Below are positions 60,068 through 64,000 of a stretch of DNA of 64,000 nucleotides, piece after piece. Made by a program: the position numbers and the translations under genes. Source of the stretch: Paludibacteraceae bacterium (GTDB lineage: Bacteria > Bacteroidota > Bacteroidia > Bacteroidales > Paludibacteraceae); contig JAZSGL010000091.1 in assembly GCA_045532735.1 (NCBI GenBank), positions 29,275 through 93,274 of the forward strand, given 5' to 3'. The notes below the pieces were generated by a model. The model was not told where the DNA came from, searched no databases, and saw only the letters and a program-made list of their open reading frames with translations. The first letter of the stretch is position 1, and each line of letters opens with the position of its first letter.

Positions 60068-61762
60068 TTATTGTTTTTCAACCAACACAAAATCAATTAG
60101 TTTTCGTTCAATATCCACCTTAGTTACCCTTACTCGTACAGGATCAGATAGTGTATATGTTTTTCCGCTACGAGCAGCTATTAAGCAATAGTTCTCCTCG
60201 TCGAATTGCATATAATCATTGCGTTCGATGGTGCGAATAGGCACCAGTCCTTCCGTCATAGTTTCAGTGAGTTGTACAAAGAGTCCGAACTCGGTTACAC
60301 CGCTGATGATGGCATCAAACTCCTCACCGAGGTGGTTGTTGATCCATCGGGCATGCATCTCTTTGATAGAATCACGCTCCGCCATCTGAGCTGCTAATTC
60401 ACATTCCGAGCAGTGTACGCATGCTTCTTCTAGTTCCTCTCGCTCGTGGCGGCAGAGGGCCTTGGATTGTAGCAAGTAGCGTGACACTAGTCGGTGTACC
60501 ATCATATCGGGATAACGACGGATAGGCGAAGTGAAGTGGGTGTAGTAGGGAAATGCTAGGCCGTAGTGCCCGATGTTGTCGGTGGAATAAACCGCTTTAG
60601 CCATTGCACGGATAGTGAGAGTCTCTACCAATGATTGGCATGCTCTGCCCTGGCAGTCGTCAAGCAACGCGTTGATGTGCTTGTGGGTTGTTTTGCTGTT
60701 GGACGAGGTCTTAAGCTGCAGACCAAAGCGCTTGATAAAGGTGCTGAGTCGGCCTATTTTCTCTGGGTCAGGGTTGTCGTGTACGCGGTACACGAAAGGC
60801 TTGGATGGCTCTTTGGTTTCGCCCTCTTTATCTTTCTTTTTCTTGCCAATCTCTGCTGCTACGATGCGGTTGGCGAGAAGCATGAATTCTTCAATCAAGT
60901 GATTGGTGTCAAGCGAGTTGTGAAAGAATATATCGGTAGGTTCGCCCTGGTTGTCAAGGCGGAAGTGCACCTCTGGTGACTCAAAGTTGATTGCCCCTTG
61001 GCGGAAGCGATTGGCACGCAGTTGCTTAGCCAATGTATCCAATACATGTAAGGCCTCCGATAAGTGTTTGTCGTTGGATCCAGGGAATAAAGAGGCAGTA
61101 TTCTCCAAGATGTCTTGCGCTTGTCGATAGGTTAGGCGGAAGTCTGAGCAGATAACTGTTCTGCATATCTTGTGGCGTATCACTTTGGCGTTGGGGTCCA
61201 TCTCTACCACCACCGACATGCAAAGTTTATCTTCATTAGGGCGAAGACTGCACAGCTCGTTGCTCAATCGCTCGGGCAACATAGGGATTACTCGGTCCAC
61301 GAGATAGATACTTGTGCCTCGCTGGTAAGCCTCGTCATCTAATGCTGTTCGTTCTTGTACATAGTGCGTAACATCCGCAATGTGGATGCCTATCTGATAA
61401 TTGCCTGTGTCAAGGATCTGAAATGACAACGCGTCATCAAAATCCTTTGCCTCGTCGGGGTCAATGGTGAAGGTGAGTATATCTCGCATGTCACGACGAC
61501 GCAGAATCTCCGTAGAGATAGCGTCTTGTGGTAATCTCTGTACATCCTCCATCACTTCATCGGAGAAACTAGCGGGAAGGGTGTATTCGGGGTCTTTATT
61601 TTCGATAAGGTTGTGCGACCTCTTTGAGGGATGTTGATTCATGTTTTTGCGTTGTGTCGCTTTTTCTCGTCGAAGTCTTTTAGCTATAAGATCTTTTGTT
61701 TTCATTATATGGTTACTCATTGTCAATTCGTGTTTTTCTGTACAAAAACTATGCAAAACCAT
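60068..61762 (-). CDS. RNB-domain exoribonuclease (RNase II/R family) with C-terminal S1 domain, short N-terminus
   Basis: FTIDPDEAKDFDDALS, the RNB core and an S1-like end (FDAIISGVTEFGLFVQL). The start is uncertain, with internal ATGs at 61720 and 61705. Confidence 0.85.
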   Translation of the reverse strand: MVLHSFCTEKHELTMSNHIMKTKDLIAKRLRREKATQRKNMNQHPSKRSHNLIENKDPEYTLPASFSDEVMEDVQRLPQDAISTEILRRRDMRDILTFTIDPDEAKDFDDALSFQILDTGNYQIGIHIADVTHYVQERTALDDEAYQRGTSIYLVDRVIPMLPERLSNELCSLRPNEDKLCMSVVVEMDPNAKVIRHKICRTVICSDFRLTYRQAQDILENTASLFPGSNDKHLSEALHVLDTLAKQLRANRFRQGAINFESPEVHFRLDNQGEPTDIFFHNSLDTNHLIEEFMLLANRIVAAEIGKKKKDKEGETKEPSKPFVYRVHDNPDPEKIGRLSTFIKRFGLQLKTSSNSKTTHKHINALLDDCQGRACQSLVETLTIRAMAKAVYSTDNIGHYGLAFPYYTHFTSPIRRYPDMMVHRLVSRYLLQSKALCRHEREELEEACVHCSECELAAQMAERDSIKEMHARWINNHLGEEFDAIISGVTEFGLFVQLTETMTEGLVPIRTIERNDYMQFDEENYCLIAARSGKTYTLSDPVRVRVTKVDIERKLIDFVLVEKQ

Positions 61763-61844
61763 GCATTTTTATGTTTTATGGCATAACATTGTGAAAACCT
61801 GCCAACTTTTTTGCTGAAAATTTGCGTGTTTGCAATATTTATTG

Positions 61845-61852
61845 TACCTTTG
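61845..61852 (+). promoter_or_regulatory. -7 box TAccTTTG for pyrE
   Basis: Exact match about 53 nt upstream of the ATG at 61905. Confidence 0.5.
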
Positions 61853-61904
61853 TCCAGATTTTTAGTACTTTAGGTGGTTTATTTTTTATAAAATTTCTGA
61901 CAGT

Positions 61905-62537
61905 ATGAGCGTACTACAGAATATGACAGCGATCAAGATGTTGCAGTTGAAGGCGTTTAAGTTTCAACTTAATAACCCTTTCAAGTGGGCCAATGGATGG
62001 GCGTCTCCTGTTTATTGCGATGATCGAAAAATATTGTCTTATCCCAAAATTCGCGATTTTGTGCGTATTGAATTAGCGCGCACCATCGCGGAGATGTATC
62101 CTGATGCAGATGTGATTGCGGGCGTGGCGACGAATGCGATTGCGCATGGTGTGTTGGTGGCTGAGCAATTAGGACTTCCGTTTGTATATGTGCATCCTAC
62201 GCCTAAAGATCATGGTTTGGAGAATCAGATAGAGGGGGAATTACGCCCTAGACAGAGTGTGGTGATTGTAGAGAACCAAGTGAATGTGGGCAGCAATTGT
62301 TTGAAGGTGGCAAAAGCATTGAAAGATAGCAGTTGCAAGGTGCTAGGGGTAGTAACAATTTTTGATTATGCATTCACCAGTACTTACAAGAAGTTTGAAA
62401 AAGAAGGTATTGATCTAATCGCATTGACCAATCTGGAGACTGTTTTGCACCATGCGGAGAATATGAACATGATTGATAGCGAGGATAGTAAAGCTATACA
62501 CGCGTGGCAACGGAAACCATCTAAATGGACAAAATAG
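61905..62537 (+). CDS. pyrE: Orotate phosphoribosyltransferase
   Basis: FKWANGWASPVYCDDRK and the PRPP-binding loop VVIVENQVNVGSN. Confidence 0.9.
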   Translation: MSVLQNMTAIKMLQLKAFKFQLNNPFKWANGWASPVYCDDRKILSYPKIRDFVRIELARTIAEMYPDADVIAGVATNAIAHGVLVAEQLGLPFVYVHPTPKDHGLENQIEGELRPRQSVVIVENQVNVGSNCLKVAKALKDSSCKVLGVVTIFDYAFTSTYKKFEKEGIDLIALTNLETVLHHAENMNMIDSEDSKAIHAWQRKPSKWTK

Positions 62538-62540
62538 ACT

Positions 62541-62969
62541 ATGGCTGATATTAAATATGAAAGTAAGATAGGGCAGATAGTGGCCAATGATGCTGCTGTG
62601 TATGCTGTGTTGAGTAACTTGGAGAATATCAATCGTTTTCGAGATGCGATACCTCAAGACAAGATACAAGAATTAGAGATATCATCTGATCGTATCCGCT
62701 TTAAGGTAGAAGGATTGGGACAGAAGATCGCGGTTGTGATTTTGGAAAAAGAGGAATATAAGACAATTAAGTTTGGAGCGGAGAATTTACCTATACCTTT
62801 TAATGTGTGGATACAACTCAAGCAAGTGGCCGAAATGGACACTCGCATTCGCATCACAGTCAAAACAGATATGCCTGCGATGTTTAAGATGATGTTTGAC
62901 AAGAAAATACAGCAAGGTCTTGATCAGGCTATAGATATGTTATGTCAGATTCCTTATAATAACATTTAA
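62541..62969 (+). CDS. Small conserved protein, possibly SRPBCC-fold
   Basis: 142 aa, tightly linked to pyrE. The fold call is a weak recollection only. Confidence 0.35.
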   Translation: MADIKYESKIGQIVANDAAVYAVLSNLENINRFRDAIPQDKIQELEISSDRIRFKVEGLGQKIAVVILEKEEYKTIKFGAENLPIPFNVWIQLKQVAEMDTRIRITVKTDMPAMFKMMFDKKIQQGLDQAIDMLCQIPYNNI

Positions 62970-62973
62970 GACT

Positions 62974-63654
62974 ATGAGTAAAATTAAACGAAAACTTCGT
63001 ATTCATCGTGAAGGCAGAAATATAATTGTCGGTTTGACATTCTTGATCTTTGCAATCAATGTACCTATTTATATGTATGTGGCGCATTGGGTATTTGCGA
63101 TTGTATTACTATTATCTGCTGCATTGCTCGTGTTTGTGACTTATTTCTTTCGAAATCCAGTTCGTATCTTGGAGGTGGATGATCCTAATTTTTTGATTTC
63201 TCCTGCAGATGGACGCGTTGTGGTGGTGGAGCCAACGATGGAAAACGAGTATTTTCACGAAAAGCGTTTGCAGGTGAGTATTTTTATGTCTCCATTTAAT
63301 GTGCATGCGAATTGGTATCCTATTGAAGGTACAATATTAGTGTCGGAGCACCAAAAAGGAAGTCATAAGGGAGCTTGGTTGCCCAAATCAAGTACAGAAA
63401 ATGAACGCTCTTTAGTAGTCATCGAAACTCCTAATAAGGCGCAGTTAGCTGTTCGTCAGATTGCTGGTGCAATGGCACGCCGTATTGTGACTTATGCCAA
63501 GGCTGGCAAACATTCTCATCGTAACGAGCATTTAGGTTTTATCAAGTTTGGTTCGCGTGTTGACATGTATTTGCCACTTGATACAGATATTTTTGTAACG
63601 GTGGGCGAACATGTCAAAGGAAATGAAACTATTATAGGCAGATTAAATTCGTAA
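62974..63654 (+). CDS. psd: Phosphatidylserine decarboxylase proenzyme
   Basis: N-terminal TM segments, VHANWYPIEG and the self-cleavage region GFIKFGSRVD. Confidence 0.9.
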   Translation: MSKIKRKLRIHREGRNIIVGLTFLIFAINVPIYMYVAHWVFAIVLLLSAALLVFVTYFFRNPVRILEVDDPNFLISPADGRVVVVEPTMENEYFHEKRLQVSIFMSPFNVHANWYPIEGTILVSEHQKGSHKGAWLPKSSTENERSLVVIETPNKAQLAVRQIAGAMARRIVTYAKAGKHSHRNEHLGFIKFGSRVDMYLPLDTDIFVTVGEHVKGNETIIGRLNS

Positions 63655-63673
63655 ACTAAAACTATAACTCACA

Positions 63674-64000
63674 ATGAATAAGTTTGAATCTCTTTTCGCA
63701 GAATATCCTTGCGTTCTTACTGACGAATCAGTAAAGGCATCAGTGGCTGAAATTTTAGCCAAGCATTTCAATGAAAATAACAATATTGAAGTATGGAAGC
63801 AATGTTTGCATTCTATTGATCTTACTACATTGAATGGCGATGATACCACGGAAAAAGTCGAAACAATGGCGCAACATGTCAATGAGTTTGAAGATAATTT
63901 TCCTGGAGTGCCAAATGTAGCTGCTATGTGTGTATACCCTGCTCTGGTGCAGACGGCTGCAGATACGCTGACCGAGCCAATCGGTATTGCTGCGGTAGCT
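63674..64000 (+). CDS. Deoxyribose-phosphate aldolase-like protein, 3'-partial
   Basis: The ATG at 63674 opens a frame that runs to the window end. IDLTTLNGDDT and AAMCVYPALV resemble long-form DeoC. Confidence 0.55.
   Translation, partial: MNKFESLFAEYPCVLTDESVKASVAEILAKHFNENNNIEVWKQCLHSIDLTTLNGDDTTEKVETMAQHVNEFEDNFPGVPNVAAMCVYPALVQTAADTLTEPIGIAAVA

Noticed and set aside
59427-60191. 254-aa ORF antisense to rpsP
   Set aside because: It overlaps the unmistakable S16 gene and its promoter. The Ser/Leu/Cys-rich translation reflects the complement of Ala/Glu codons.

Overview
This window looks like a Bacteroidota (Bacteroidales-type) chromosome. The evidence is two SusC/SusD loci, many TAnnTTTG -7 promoter boxes about 25-110 nt upstream of starts, T9SS-style C-terminal tails and an S16 protein with an Ala-rich extension.

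Layout:
- 1-15.7 kb: an NlpC/P60 fragment, a BspA-type LRR protein, and PUL1 (SusC, SusD, surface glycan-binding protein (SGBP), GH30, SGNH esterase, triple-repeat binding protein, GH3). PUL1 resembles the fungal beta-1,6-glucan PUL type. It ends with an LRR-TonB_C fusion.
- 15.7-32.8 kb: an accessory island, more AT-rich by eye, built from reiterated non-coding modules.
  - It holds two orphan genes and a DUF3987 P-loop/HTH protein flanked by iteron-like arrays.
  - It holds an AbiEi/AbiEii pair and a 2684-aa secreted beta-helix/propeller protein whose leader carries a G9 tract and a terminator hairpin.
  - It also holds a 41-aa trailing ORF and an AAA ATPase with a PD-(D/E)xK-like tail.
- 32.8-35.7 kb: pgk, a DUF3127 gene and a metallophosphoesterase, separated by arrays of short-word-plus-hairpin repeats.
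- 35.8-55.9 kb: PUL2, whose enzymes all point at peptidoglycan. They are a GHL10 hydrolase, a 1708-aa protein with a MurNAc-L-Ala amidase domain coupled to SusC, a NamZ/DUF1343 exo-muramidase, a GH20 hexosaminidase and a Na+/solute symporter.
- 55.9-64 kb: housekeeping genes (parE-like, CPBP protease, tRNA-Pro(GGG), rpsP, RNase II/R-like, pyrE, psd, deoC-like).

No CRISPR array, rRNA, transposase or integrase was seen.

The most interesting candidates are:
- the peptidoglycan-directed PUL;
- the roughly 430-aa supermodule shared by the two giant proteins;
- the regulated, possibly phase-variable leader of the 2684-aa gene;
- the repeat-bounded, replicon-like module carrying AbiE.

All coordinates of small elements come from manual counting and alignment. 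No database search was possible.
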